From a virus (Duplodnaviria; Caudoviricetes): DNA of 30,453 bases. Shown piece by piece: positions 1 to 8,528 of the stretch; the first letter of the stretch is position 1, and the number at the start of each line of letters is the position of its first letter. The DNA lies in the IMG/VR virus record IMGVR_UViG_3300033076_000395, positions 1-30,453 of that record. One strand, given 5' to 3'. The notes below the pieces were generated by a model. That model worked only from the letters and a program-made list of their open reading frames with translations. It ran no database searches and was not told where the DNA came from. Both the position numbers and the translations under genes were made by a program.

Positions 1-225
1 AACGATACCAGCAACACCAGCAGCGTTGAAGCCAGCTGACTTAACAACTAATCCCTGAAGACCGTCACCAGTCTGGGTATTGTCGAGTATAACTGCATCG
101 CCAACTGCTATTGTGCTTTTAGCAATAAAAGTTTCGATTTGTCTACGATTTGATGGAGTAACACCAAGATCTAAACCTGAGCTATCGCTAGTCTCAAGGT
201 ACTGAATAAGATTTGAAGTAGCCAT
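1..225 (-). CDS. Capsid decoration/cement protein, alternative allele (first 75 codons; runs off window start)
   Basis: Not in the ORF track. Manual translation gives MATSNLIQYLETSDSSGLDLGVTPSNRRQIETFIAKSTIAVGDAVILDNTQTG..., which matches 29854-30312 at 32/75 positions ungapped. It has the same GGAGG RBS in the capsid 3' end. Confidence 0.8.
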   Translation of the reverse strand, partial: MATSNLIQYLETSDSSGLDLGVTPSNRRQIETFIAKSTIAVGDAVILDNTQTGDGLQGLVVKSAGFNAAGVAGIV

Positions 226-366
226 GTTATTATGCCTCCCCGTTTACAAGTAGACCCTGGCAAGCAAGATGGTCAACAACAAGCTGTGCTCTGGTCATGA
301 TCTGAGCAGAACGTGAAGCGTAACCACTTACATGTTCGAAGTCTGAAAGTTCAAAGTTTGCATCCT
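215..366. repeat. Direct repeat copy 1 (partner at 30302-30453)
   Basis: 146/152 identical at an offset of 30,087; mismatches at 248, 250, 251, 253, 260 and 289. Positions 290-366 match exactly (77 bp). Confidence 0.95.
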
Positions 367-1240
367 TATCAACAACGAGCTTGAGGTACTCAGTGTTGAG
401 GAAGTAAGCAGAAACGTTGTCTGGAGTTGCAGAGATTTGAACTGGTAGGAATGGATCAACGTACATCATTGCGCCGTTGAAAGCAAGAGCCAAACGACCA
501 CCATCAAGTACAGTTTCTTTCATGTAAAGCTCCTGTGCGAAGAGGAGCTTCTTGTAAGCCTTGTACATGTTAGGTGAGGAAAGGATCAAGTTAGGAGCGG
601 ATGTTGGGCTGAAGATTTGGCACTGGATATAAAGATCAGTTAGATCTTCGATACCAAGTGAACCAAGTGCATCAGTTCTCTGGTTCTGATAAGCAGTTGG
701 GAAAGCAGCTTTGCTGATACCACCAACTGTGTTTGTGCCAGAACCAAAAGCAACGTTTTCAAAGAAGCCTTTTGTTGAACCTGCGCCACTGAATACAGTA
801 CCGTTGAGGGTGCTGAGGTCAGAAAGAATTGCAGAAGAACCTGCAACAGCTTGCTTCTCGAACTCTCTCTTGAGTGTACCCATGACGGACTTGAGACGAG
901 CTTCAGCAATCTTTACAATTGCGCGGTCGCCTTTGTTAGCAAGTTCCTCTTTGCGGGTGATGACGATTGGAGCAACGAAGTCACAGAAATTGTAGCTTGC
1001 ATTTCTCATTGCGTCAGCAACGGCGAGGGATACTGGCTCATAACCAGTTGAAAGCTGAGTGATGCTTGAGTGCTCAGCTAGGATGAGTGGACGATCTACG
1101 GTGGAACCACCGTCTACTTCCTCAACTCCACCCTTTGCGCGGATCTGCTCAAGAAGAGGAGTAGACTTGAATAAGTTGTCTACTTCCTGATCCTTCACAA
1201 TGCGAAGGGTTGAAGAGAGGATATCATTTGAAATTGCCAT
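230..1240 (-). CDS. Major capsid protein (HK97 fold, podovirus-type)
   Basis: 336 aa, downstream of a scaffold-like gene. Segments DNLFKSTPLL, DGGSTVDRPL and EELANKGDRAIVKIAEARLK resemble podovirus capsid proteins. Strong AAGGAG RBS; higher GC than neighbours. Confidence 0.85.
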   Translation of the reverse strand: MAISNDILSSTLRIVKDQEVDNLFKSTPLLEQIRAKGGVEEVDGGSTVDRPLILAEHSSITQLSTGYEPVSLAVADAMRNASYNFCDFVAPIVITRKEELANKGDRAIVKIAEARLKSVMGTLKREFEKQAVAGSSAILSDLSTLNGTVFSGAGSTKGFFENVAFGSGTNTVGGISKAAFPTAYQNQRTDALGSLGIEDLTDLYIQCQIFSPTSAPNLILSSPNMYKAYKKLLFAQELYMKETVLDGGRLALAFNGAMMYVDPFLPVQISATPDNVSAYFLNTEYLKLVVDKDANFELSDFEHVSGYASRSAQIMTRAQLVVDHLACQGLLVNGEA

Positions 1241-1360
1241 ATTGATATCTCCTTAAGATTGATTAATAGTTTAATTGGAATTCGGTTTAAAAAGTTTGGG
1301 TTGTCCTTTCGGATCCTTTGTTTAGAAATTATTCCAAGCTAAACCAAACTTGGAGTTCCT
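1241..1360 (-). promoter_or_regulatory. Structured 5' leader of the major capsid gene
   Basis: Minus-strand pairings: AAGTTTGG/CCAAACTT, TTTAG/CTAAA, TCC-GAAA-GGA, and loop TTGGAAT complementary to downstream ATTCCAA. Confidence 0.45.
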
Positions 1361-1381
1361 ATATAATGTAATTATTTTTTT

Positions 1382-2260
1382 TTATTTTTTCTGTGCAGCG
1401 ATCCATTCGTAGATTGCAACTGAACCTTGCTTACGAACATGATCAGGAATTGCTGAACCAGATCCACGATTAGCTCCACCAACTTTTAGTCCATAATCCT
1501 GAGCAGCTTTCTTATATTGTGCAAGTTCAACCTGCATTTGTTTAGATGCTTCTGTGCTCTTCTGGCCTTTAACTAAATAATATGCTTTCTCTAATGTAAG
1601 TGTTTTATCTTTCATTAGCTCTCTAGCAATATCAACTTTATAGGTTTCTATATCTGGATTTTCTCTTTTAAAATTCTCAAGAGCAATCTGTCTTTTATTC
1701 ATCTCAGCTTCTTGACGCATTGGCTCAAGCATTTCTTTCATACGCTTGGCTACTTCTTGCTGGATTTTAGCTTCAATAGAATTAGCATTGAATGGATCAA
1801 GCTCTACTGAAGTCTCTGCTTGTTTAGAAACGCTATCATAAAATCCGCTTTCAAGTAGAGCCTTTCTATCAGCCTCTAATTGTTTGCGCTGTTCAGCAAT
1901 TGACTGAGTTTTCTTTGTATAGTCTGCTCTAAGATTTGCAATTATTTTTTTAGCATCTTCAGGAAGTCCATCAAAAACCTGATTATAATTTAATCCTTTA
2001 GTTTCTGACAGACCAAAATCTGGTGCACTATCTATATTAACATCATTGATGGAAGTTTCTTTTGCTGCTAAATTAGAAGCTAAAGTATCAGCTTCTTTAG
2101 CTGCAGCGTTAGCTCTTGCAGTTTCTAAAGCCCTAACAGCTTCCATTCTAGTTACCGCCTGTGGAGAGTTACCAACGGATACAGGGGTAGAAGAAGCTGA
2201 GCTTCCTGCCTCTGCTCCATTGTTCCCTGAAGGAGTTGGAGTTGAGTTATTTTCAGACAT
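1382..2260 (-). CDS. Capsid scaffolding protein
   Basis: 292 aa with a low-complexity N-terminus and coiled coil. Contains ADYTKKTQSIAEQRK, a motif typical of podovirus scaffolds. Lies immediately upstream of the capsid gene. Confidence 0.8.
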   Translation of the reverse strand: MSENNSTPTPSGNNGAEAGSSASSTPVSVGNSPQAVTRMEAVRALETARANAAAKEADTLASNLAAKETSINDVNIDSAPDFGLSETKGLNYNQVFDGLPEDAKKIIANLRADYTKKTQSIAEQRKQLEADRKALLESGFYDSVSKQAETSVELDPFNANSIEAKIQQEVAKRMKEMLEPMRQEAEMNKRQIALENFKRENPDIETYKVDIARELMKDKTLTLEKAYYLVKGQKSTEASKQMQVELAQYKKAAQDYGLKVGGANRGSGSAIPDHVRKQGSVAIYEWIAAQKK

Positions 2261-2290
2261 TTATTTTTTCCTTTTTATTTATAAGTTTAT

Positions 2291-2854
2291 TTACTGACCC
2301 ATTCTGCTCATCATTAATTTGTCCATTTCACCTGAAGCCATTGGAGGTGCACCACCTTCAACACCAACCTCTAATTTAACTTCAGTCTCTGGACCTTCTG
2401 GTGCTTCTCCTTCCATTCCTTTGGGTCTGCTCTTAAGGAACATCTGGAAGTCACGGTTCTTAGCTAGAAGAATTAATTTACCAGCAACCATTTCTATTCC
2501 ACGATCATCTACCATTGCATCAATTGAAGGAGCAAGGTCAGTAAGCATTGCATCATTTGCAGCTTTATTAACCATAGTAATAGCTTTAATTATTTCTGGA
2601 GAAAGCTTGCCGACAACATCTGCAGAAGCTGAAGGGATCTTTGGAAGAGATGGATCAAAGAGTGGAAGGATTTTATTAAGTGCGTCAACAAGTACATTGA
2701 TAGATCTGAGGGAATATTTTCCTTCAGGTGCAGCCATCTCAGCCATATCATCCATTTCTTTGTCAGCCTCAGCAGCCATTCCCATTGCCTTTTCTTCTTC
2801 GGTATCACCAGCTTCAGGCATTGGACCTAGAGCCATTAAATCTTCTTTAGCCAT
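2291..2854 (-). CDS. Acidic hypothetical protein in the head module
   Basis: 187 aa, AGGAG RBS, co-oriented between the zinc-ribbon and scaffold genes. Confidence 0.65.
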   Translation of the reverse strand: MAKEDLMALGPMPEAGDTEEEKAMGMAAEADKEMDDMAEMAAPEGKYSLRSINVLVDALNKILPLFDPSLPKIPSASADVVGKLSPEIIKAITMVNKAANDAMLTDLAPSIDAMVDDRGIEMVAGKLILLAKNRDFQMFLKSRPKGMEGEAPEGPETEVKLEVGVEGGAPPMASGEMDKLMMSRMGQ

Positions 2855-2885
2855 TTATAGATCTCCTAATATAAGTTTTCTTTTT

Positions 2886-3341
2886 TTATAATCCAGAATT
2901 AATATCGGCATCAAGCAAGCCTTTAGCCTTTAAATTATCTACAGAGAATGTTTCAGCATAAGCTTTGCTTTGATCTCCACCTGTAGACTTTAACATATCT
3001 CTTAGGGTTTCAACATCTTTCTCATGCTGAACGTGTTTAGCTTCTTCCCTTTCTACAATGCTATCAACGAAAGAAACACCACCGAAGTCTGATGCTGCGA
3101 TAAGTCCATTATCCCTAATATATTTTTCTTTTTCAATTGAGTTATTGAAGTGTCTTCCCAAAGAACGGTCGTATCCTCCACCACTATCTCCCCATCTTCC
3201 TGGTGTTCTAAGTGGTGCAGATAACTGGCGAAGCATAAGCTTATCACAAGTAGCACATTTAACTTCATCTTTTTTATCCCACTTAACTAAATGATCTTCT
3301 TTCTTTTTGCATGTATAGCAAACATAATCATAAACTGGCAT
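2886..3341 (-). CDS. FmdB-like zinc-ribbon protein
   Basis: MPVYDYVCYTC...VKCATC fits the MPxYxYxCxxC...CxxC pattern. Abuts the portal stop codon. Confidence 0.8.
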   Translation of the reverse strand: MPVYDYVCYTCKKKEDHLVKWDKKDEVKCATCDKLMLRQLSAPLRTPGRWGDSGGGYDRSLGRHFNNSIEKEKYIRDNGLIAASDFGGVSFVDSIVEREEAKHVQHEKDVETLRDMLKSTGGDQSKAYAETFSVDNLKAKGLLDADINSGL

Positions 3342-5003
3342 TTACTTTAAACCTCCTGGAAGTAATGGTGCAATAGATTGTACTGATGGATTACCTACAA
3401 CTTGAGTTGGGGTTGGAGGTGCTTCAGGAATAGCACCGAGAGGAGGAACATTTGGAGGATTTTGTGGAGGTGTTTGGGCCTGTTGTTTCTGTAAGTAATC
3501 TTTAACAGCTTCAGATTTAAATGTTTCTGGAAGATTAAGCACACGAACAACTTCATCTAATACTAATTCTTTTGGAACACCCAGTTCAATAAGCGTAGGT
3601 ATATTTGAAAGTAATTGTCCTTTGATTAAAGCCTCAGACATTGGTGTGCTAGAACTATCAGATGCATATACCTGAAAGTCTCCCATAATATCTTCAGCTG
3701 TTACTGGAGATAATTTTCCATCAATATATATTAGTGCAGTATCTCCTTCAGAAAGATAAAGTCCCAACACAGAGAAATATATTTTTGTAAGATTTTCTAT
3801 AACAGCATCACGCTCTCTAGCAAGGCGTCCAATTTCTGAGGAGGTATAAGCAGCAAGAGCAGCAGCTTCAGTTGCAGAAACTTTTGTAGCTTCTCCTCTA
3901 GTAAATGGTGCCATGATGGAACCCTTATCTTTATCTCCTGTAACGTGAGCATAATAAAGATCAAGCTCTGGAGGAGTTGGGTTCTGAGGAAGAGGTCTGA
4001 TTATTCCATCCATATTCTCTTCTTCTATTTCAATAAAGATACCATCAATACCAGCTGTAATCTGAGCCATCTGATCAGGATCAATAGAACCTTTCTTTAC
4101 TAGATACTGACGAGAAGCTTTACGTACAGCATTGGCTTGGAAGGATCTTATAATATTCATTTCAAAGATCTGGTCGTATACTCTTTTCATAGCAGAATAT
4201 CCCTCAAGAGGAACATCAGGTATACGATTAAAATAAAATGGAACGATTGGAATAGCTGGCTTTCCATCCCAAGATTTAAATGGAATACCTACTGGTGACT
4301 TCTCAAGTATCTTATCTTCTTTCCAGTTAGGAGAATAGAATACTAATTCATCTTCCATCAAATCATACATCTCAACTATCTTTACATATTCAAAGGTAGA
4401 AGATGGTGTCTCATACTCTTCCATCTTTTCTTTATAAAAATATTCAGTTGACATCTTAGACATACCAGACCAATCTTTAGAACCAAATCTTTCATCGGCT
4501 TCTTCGATTGTCATGTAATAAATATGTCCAACGAACTTCTGTAGATCCCAACGAGGAGCATCATAATCCAATATAACTTCCCATGGAGTAATAGCTACAG
4601 GCAAAACCTTTTGTAGAAGTACATCACTTTCTTTTGGAATTAATTTAAGAAATGAATGTGTATAGATTAAAGCCATACGAGAAGCTGCTTCAATCTCATG
4701 GCGTGACTTCTCTAGAAATTCATTAGCAATAAATCCAGACTTAGAAACATTACCCTTATTCTGTAAGCCTGATTTAAGAACTACAGCTGGATGCTTAGCA
4801 AATAGTGAAGCCATATAGCTTTCTATATAATTATAGCCTTCAGATACTTGAACCTGAAGCTGAGTATCTTTATAAGGAGATACTCCTTGCTCATCCCAGA
4901 AGTTTGTTTCATAGCTGGCTTTGTACCTTCTCATTTCTTTACGGTGCTTTTCCCAATACTTCTCGTGGAATGAAAGAATATTCTTGATTGTTTTTATATT
5001 CAT
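3342..5003 (-). CDS. Portal protein
   Basis: 553 aa directly after the terminase. Has IPIVPF..R.P....G.S and SATEA motifs seen in podovirus portals, plus a Pro/Gln-rich C-terminal tail. Confidence 0.85.
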   Translation of the reverse strand: MNIKTIKNILSFHEKYWEKHRKEMRRYKASYETNFWDEQGVSPYKDTQLQVQVSEGYNYIESYMASLFAKHPAVVLKSGLQNKGNVSKSGFIANEFLEKSRHEIEAASRMALIYTHSFLKLIPKESDVLLQKVLPVAITPWEVILDYDAPRWDLQKFVGHIYYMTIEEADERFGSKDWSGMSKMSTEYFYKEKMEEYETPSSTFEYVKIVEMYDLMEDELVFYSPNWKEDKILEKSPVGIPFKSWDGKPAIPIVPFYFNRIPDVPLEGYSAMKRVYDQIFEMNIIRSFQANAVRKASRQYLVKKGSIDPDQMAQITAGIDGIFIEIEEENMDGIIRPLPQNPTPPELDLYYAHVTGDKDKGSIMAPFTRGEATKVSATEAAALAAYTSSEIGRLARERDAVIENLTKIYFSVLGLYLSEGDTALIYIDGKLSPVTAEDIMGDFQVYASDSSSTPMSEALIKGQLLSNIPTLIELGVPKELVLDEVVRVLNLPETFKSEAVKDYLQKQQAQTPPQNPPNVPPLGAIPEAPPTPTQVVGNPSVQSIAPLLPGGLK

Positions 5004-5028
5004 TTATGTTCCTTAATAAATACCTTCT

Positions 5029-6537
5029 CTAATAATGGCTTTTCTTTTTACCCCAATCATACCCTACTGGTTTCATCGCTAAAGGCATAGTTGCTCTACG
5101 TGTTTTTAAAACCATTTTCCATTTATCTATAGGGTTTTCTCTAACCTCAGTCCAAGGCTCCTTACCGCGTAGGCCCCAGTAAGCTAGCATCATAGAGAAT
5201 AATAAATCATCATGAGAACCATCTGGATGATCAGGTCTACCATCAGACCATATACAAGATTTAATTTGATCGAGTACTTCTTTATCTAATCCAACTATTA
5301 TTCCATCTTCGATAATCTCTTTCATATTTTGGAATAAACGAATACGTGTAGCACCAGTAGTTATAAAAGATTTTCCATCAGAAGTCTTCCATAGATTTTT
5401 ATAACCCCATTCCCTAAGTGCTTCTATAACTGCAGCACCATATGAATTTCCTTCAACAATAATCTTTGCTCCATTAAATTCTTGAGCTACATCTAAAACT
5501 TTAGCAGCCCAAGTTCTAGGTGTAATTATATTAGATACTCTATGATAAACAGGTTGCATTGTATCTATATTAATTACAGAGAGAGCTGAGTAATCTCCAC
5601 CTACTCCAGCAGATACATCAACTCCAATAATATAACGATCATTGTCATCCATATCCACTTTATATCTTCGTTCTTCTTTAGTTCCAAGATTAATCCCATT
5701 GATTTCTTTTGCAGCATCTCCCCAAAAATAAGATGTAGTCTTTCCTCCACGGAATGCTTCTTCAATAGTGCGAGGATATTCTCTGATAAATTTATCAAAG
5801 CCTAGTGTGGCTATTTGTTTTCTACGCCAAGAGATTTGTCCATCAGATAATCCTGCCTTCTTTAATCCCTTTTCTTCTTCTGTAAGTTTAACTATAGGAG
5901 AAGGGTCTGTGTAACTAGTATGAATAGTCCATGGAAAGAAGACAACCTTCCATTCATTCTTTCCAGCAATAGCATCATCAACTAATTTATTAAATAAATC
6001 TCCTGCCATGTTGGGAGAACTTTCAATAATGATTTGTCCATCACCAACGGCAGCAAGAATTGTAGCTAAGGTTTCTTCTGGGTTCTCATAGAAAGGAAAC
6101 TCAGATAAGTGAGCCATAGAGAATACATAAGATCTTGTACCTCCTTGTGCTCCTGCAGTAAATGCTTTTAATTCAGCCCCAGAAGATTTAGATCGAATAG
6201 TCTTGGCTGTAGACTTATCCATAATAGGCTGCAATTTTTTAGGAAGATTATTTAAAAATGTTTTGTCCGTGTTATGTAAGTTTTCTGCAGCTTCTCTAGT
6301 ATGACAAACAACACCAAGCTTTAATGGCTGGGTTGCATTAATCCACTGATAAAAATGCCAAGCTCTTACAAGTGTAGAAATACCAAGCTGACGTGCCTTA
6401 ACTACTATAATCCTTTTGTGACCAGAAGATAATATTTCTAGAAGTTCTTTCTGGGCTTCATTAAGATCAAAGAAGTTAAGGCGAGCTTTATCTTTATTAA
6501 ATATTGTAAGAGCTGGAATTAGATCTGATGCTTCCAT
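5029..6537 (-). CDS. terL: Terminase large subunit
   Basis: Walker A VVKARQLGIST, Walker B variant AHLSE, coupling motif IIIESS, and RNase H-like nuclease motifs YIIGVDVS, DYS and HDDLL. Confidence 0.95.
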   Translation of the reverse strand: MEASDLIPALTIFNKDKARLNFFDLNEAQKELLEILSSGHKRIIVVKARQLGISTLVRAWHFYQWINATQPLKLGVVCHTREAAENLHNTDKTFLNNLPKKLQPIMDKSTAKTIRSKSSGAELKAFTAGAQGGTRSYVFSMAHLSEFPFYENPEETLATILAAVGDGQIIIESSPNMAGDLFNKLVDDAIAGKNEWKVVFFPWTIHTSYTDPSPIVKLTEEEKGLKKAGLSDGQISWRRKQIATLGFDKFIREYPRTIEEAFRGGKTTSYFWGDAAKEINGINLGTKEERRYKVDMDDNDRYIIGVDVSAGVGGDYSALSVINIDTMQPVYHRVSNIITPRTWAAKVLDVAQEFNGAKIIVEGNSYGAAVIEALREWGYKNLWKTSDGKSFITTGATRIRLFQNMKEIIEDGIIVGLDKEVLDQIKSCIWSDGRPDHPDGSHDDLLFSMMLAYWGLRGKEPWTEVRENPIDKWKMVLKTRRATMPLAMKPVGYDWGKKKSHY

Positions 6538-6884
6538 TATCCCTTCTTTACAAGTTTAAGTTTAACATCATCCATCTTATTCTTAGTGATTGTATCTAGC
6601 CTTCTTCTGAAATCATCAGCAGTTACATCACCTTCAATCTTAAGTGTAGCCTCATAAGCTTCCAACTTTCTAAGAGCAATACGAGCTTCAATAATTTCAA
6701 TGACAGTTCTTGGTGTCATCTTATCCGCCAAAGTATTATTCCCTTCAATTTCTAACAGACAGAGATCAAGATAGTATTTAAGAACATCAGAATAGTTTTC
6801 ATCACGGGCTGCACGTCTTACTTTTCTGACAATCCTTTGGCGTCTAGTGTGACGAGAAGGTTTTACTTTAAGTTCATCTGACAT
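6537..6884 (-). CDS. Putative terminase small subunit
   Basis: 115 aa, helical with a basic N-terminus. Stop/start overlap with terL. Positional call only. Confidence 0.5.
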   Translation of the reverse strand: MSDELKVKPSRHTRRQRIVRKVRRAARDENYSDVLKYYLDLCLLEIEGNNTLADKMTPRTVIEIIEARIALRKLEAYEATLKIEGDVTADDFRRRLDTITKNKMDDVKLKLVKKG

Positions 6885-7240
6885 TTTATTTCCTCGATTT
6901 CCTTTTTAACTTTCTGCACACGCTTCCATGCAGTGGAGAGAGACACTCCTAATATATGCGATAAGCTTTCGAAATTCTTTGATCGCATCCAAGCAGCTAA
7001 TATTACTTGGTTTTCTTTGCTAAGCTTTTTAACAATCTTCTTAGCTAACTTCTTCTTCTCGATAAGTCTTTGATCTTCCTCGCTTTTTGGATCATCACCA
7101 TCTAGTCTAGCGATCATCTTATCCTCTTCATTCACATCATTGGATTGGTTCTGTATATGCTCAATAAAGGATAAATCTTTCTGTAAAAGTACTTTCGCTA
7201 TCCAGTCTTTGTTATTCATTTTTATCCTTTTCGTGCTCAC
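6863..7240 (-). CDS. Sigma-70 region-4-like HTH protein (start may be 7219)
   Basis: C-terminal LSKENQVILAAW...FESLSHILGVSLSTAWKRVQKVKK fits the region-4 HTH pattern. Confidence 0.7.
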   Translation of the reverse strand: MSTKRIKMNNKDWIAKVLLQKDLSFIEHIQNQSNDVNEEDKMIARLDGDDPKSEEDQRLIEKKKLAKKIVKKLSKENQVILAAWMRSKNFESLSHILGVSLSTAWKRVQKVKKEIEEIKCQMNLK

Positions 7241-7472
7241 TTATTATCTTAATTATCTCTTTACATTTAATAGAGATTTGTTCAGTTACCTTTTCACATT
7301 CCTCTATCTTTTGGATTAATCTATCCCACTTTTCTATATTACTTTCTAGACTTCCTTTTAGTTCCTGAAGGGATAGGTTCAGGTAGTCTTTGGATAATTG
7401 CTGGCTCTGCTGGGATAGCTTCTCCAATTGTATCCTCTCGTGTAACTTTAGATTTGAGTAAAGGTTTTTCAT
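7212..7472 (-). CDS. Coiled-coil hypothetical protein
   Basis: 86 aa with heptad Leu/Ile pattern; GGGAG upstream of the ATG. Confidence 0.5.
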   Translation of the reverse strand: MKNLYSNLKLHERIQLEKLSQQSQQLSKDYLNLSLQELKGSLESNIEKWDRLIQKIEECEKVTEQISIKCKEIIKIISEHEKDKNE

Positions 7473-7593
7473 TTTGTTTCTCCCATTGGTTTAATGCTTC
7501 TGATAAAGATTTATTTCCTAGCTCATCGAATAACATTTTTAATAACCACATTTGCTTTTCTGTAAGGTGGTTCTTTCTATCTGATATATCCAT
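7339..7593 (-). CDS. Hypothetical protein
   Basis: 84 aa with strong AAGGAG-ATAAT-ATG. Overlaps the next ORF by 134 bp. Confidence 0.6.
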   Translation of the reverse strand: MDISDRKNHLTEKQMWLLKMLFDELGNKSLSEALNQWEKQNEKPLLKSKVTREDTIGEAIPAEPAIIQRLPEPIPSGTKRKSRK

Positions 7594-7633
7594 ATTATCT
7601 CCTTATATATTCCATCAAAATATTTATCCGCTT

Positions 7634-7681
7634 TTATTTAATTACTGGAACTGGTCCGCCAACTAGATCTGGTCTTTCCAT
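7634..7681 (-). CDS. Possible 15-aa micro-ORF MERPDLVGGPVPVIK
   Basis: GGAGG-GTAAG-ATG; the upstream sequence is nearly identical to that of the sigma gene at 7962. Confidence 0.3.
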   Translation of the reverse strand: MERPDLVGGPVPVIK

Positions 7682-7726
7682 CTTACCCTCCTATACTATA
7701 TAGTAAGAATGTAGTAGAAAAGGTGC

Positions 7727-7903
7727 TCTTGATGGAGGCTATTTTAAACTATTTTTTACTGACTTGTTGGGATGGGAGGGCGAAGCCCGACCTTAAGGAG
7801 CTTCGCTCCCTTGGAGAACTTTGTTCTCCCCGTGACCCCCTCACGGGTATAATATACATGAGGTTAGCGATTTGTCCAATGGACCTAAAAATAATTTAAA
7901 AAA
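7727..7903 (-). promoter_or_regulatory. Hairpin-array element A (candidate origin or promoter-leader)
   Basis: Perfect hairpins at 7778-7788, 7797-7809, 7813-7829 and 7829-7847. Boxes at 7727-7736, 7846-7862, 7871-7880 and 7887-7896 are shared in inverted form with element B. Confidence 0.7.
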
Positions 7904-7961
7904 GTTTTAGGATTGGTGGAAGATCTACTACTATCGGACTATATAGTATACGGAGGAAGAA

Positions 7962-8528
7962 ATGGTGGCTCATTTCAAAGAGGACTTTACATCGTGGATA
8001 GCGGATAAGAAAACCTGCTATGATCACATCTTAGAATTTATGACCTATTCAAATGTTGGTAAAATGTTCTCCAGCATTTTAGGTGTGGAAGCTAGAGAGC
8101 TAGCTGTTGATTGCTGGATATGGATATGGGAAGGCTCCTGTACTACTAGAGGATTAGTCAAGGAATGGTACGGAGATATCCTTATAGAGAACTGGAAGGT
8201 GGAAAGAGAAGCACGCATGAGTGTGAAGGTTGCTTCCACATACTTCCTTCGTATCCTTGGTACAAAGAATAAAAGATTTAAAAAGTTTCAGAAAGAAGTT
8301 AAGGAGGCTCTAATGCTAGAGGTTGAAATTAAGAGTACTGGTGAAGGTATAGAATTGAACCTATCAAAAGAAGATAAGGTTCTAATGTTATGGAATGCTG
8401 GAGAGATTGATACAGCTGAGGCTATGGAAAGATTATCTTTATCCTCCCGCCAATCTCTTTATAATCGCTTTCAATCCTTGATGGAAAGACTTAAGTTGGA
8501 GTTGCTATCAGGAAGTACTGCTGAATAA
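7962..8528 (+). CDS. Divergent ECF-like RNA polymerase sigma factor
   Basis: 188 aa. Region-2-like EARELAVDCWIWIW and STYFLRI; region-4-like LSKEDKVLMLW...TAEAMERLSLSSRQSLYNRFQSLMERLK. GGAGG RBS. Confidence 0.6.
   Translation: MVAHFKEDFTSWIADKKTCYDHILEFMTYSNVGKMFSSILGVEARELAVDCWIWIWEGSCTTRGLVKEWYGDILIENWKVEREARMSVKVASTYFLRILGTKNKRFKKFQKEVKEALMLEVEIKSTGEGIELNLSKEDKVLMLWNAGEIDTAEAMERLSLSSRQSLYNRFQSLMERLKLELLSGSTAE

Noticed and set aside
222-250. Programmed frameshift fusing capsid to the decoration protein at AAC GGG GAG
   Set aside because: It would need a +1 shift with no canonical slippery site. The GGGGAGG is fully explained as the RBS of the decoration gene.
215-289. Diversity-generating retroelement TR/VR pair
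   Set aside because: There is no reverse transcriptase, and the mismatches are not confined to adenines of one copy.
215-366. Biological terminal direct repeats (T7-like)
   Set aside because: The repeat is not at the left terminus, has 6 mismatches, and its exact part is 77 bp. This fits an assembly overlap better.
1280-1350. Hammerhead ribozyme in the capsid leader
   Set aside because: A three-way junction and GAAA are present, but the CUGANGA core is missing.
6090-6125. Terminase Walker B reading HLSE rather than hhhhDE as a sign of inactivity
   Set aside because: HxSE is a variant I recognise in a group of phage terminases, and the other catalytic motifs are intact.
7778-7847. CRISPR mini-array or tRNA in the hairpin cluster
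   Set aside because: The hairpins differ from each other with no repeat-spacer periodicity, and there are no T-loop/D-loop consensus or acceptor-stem features.
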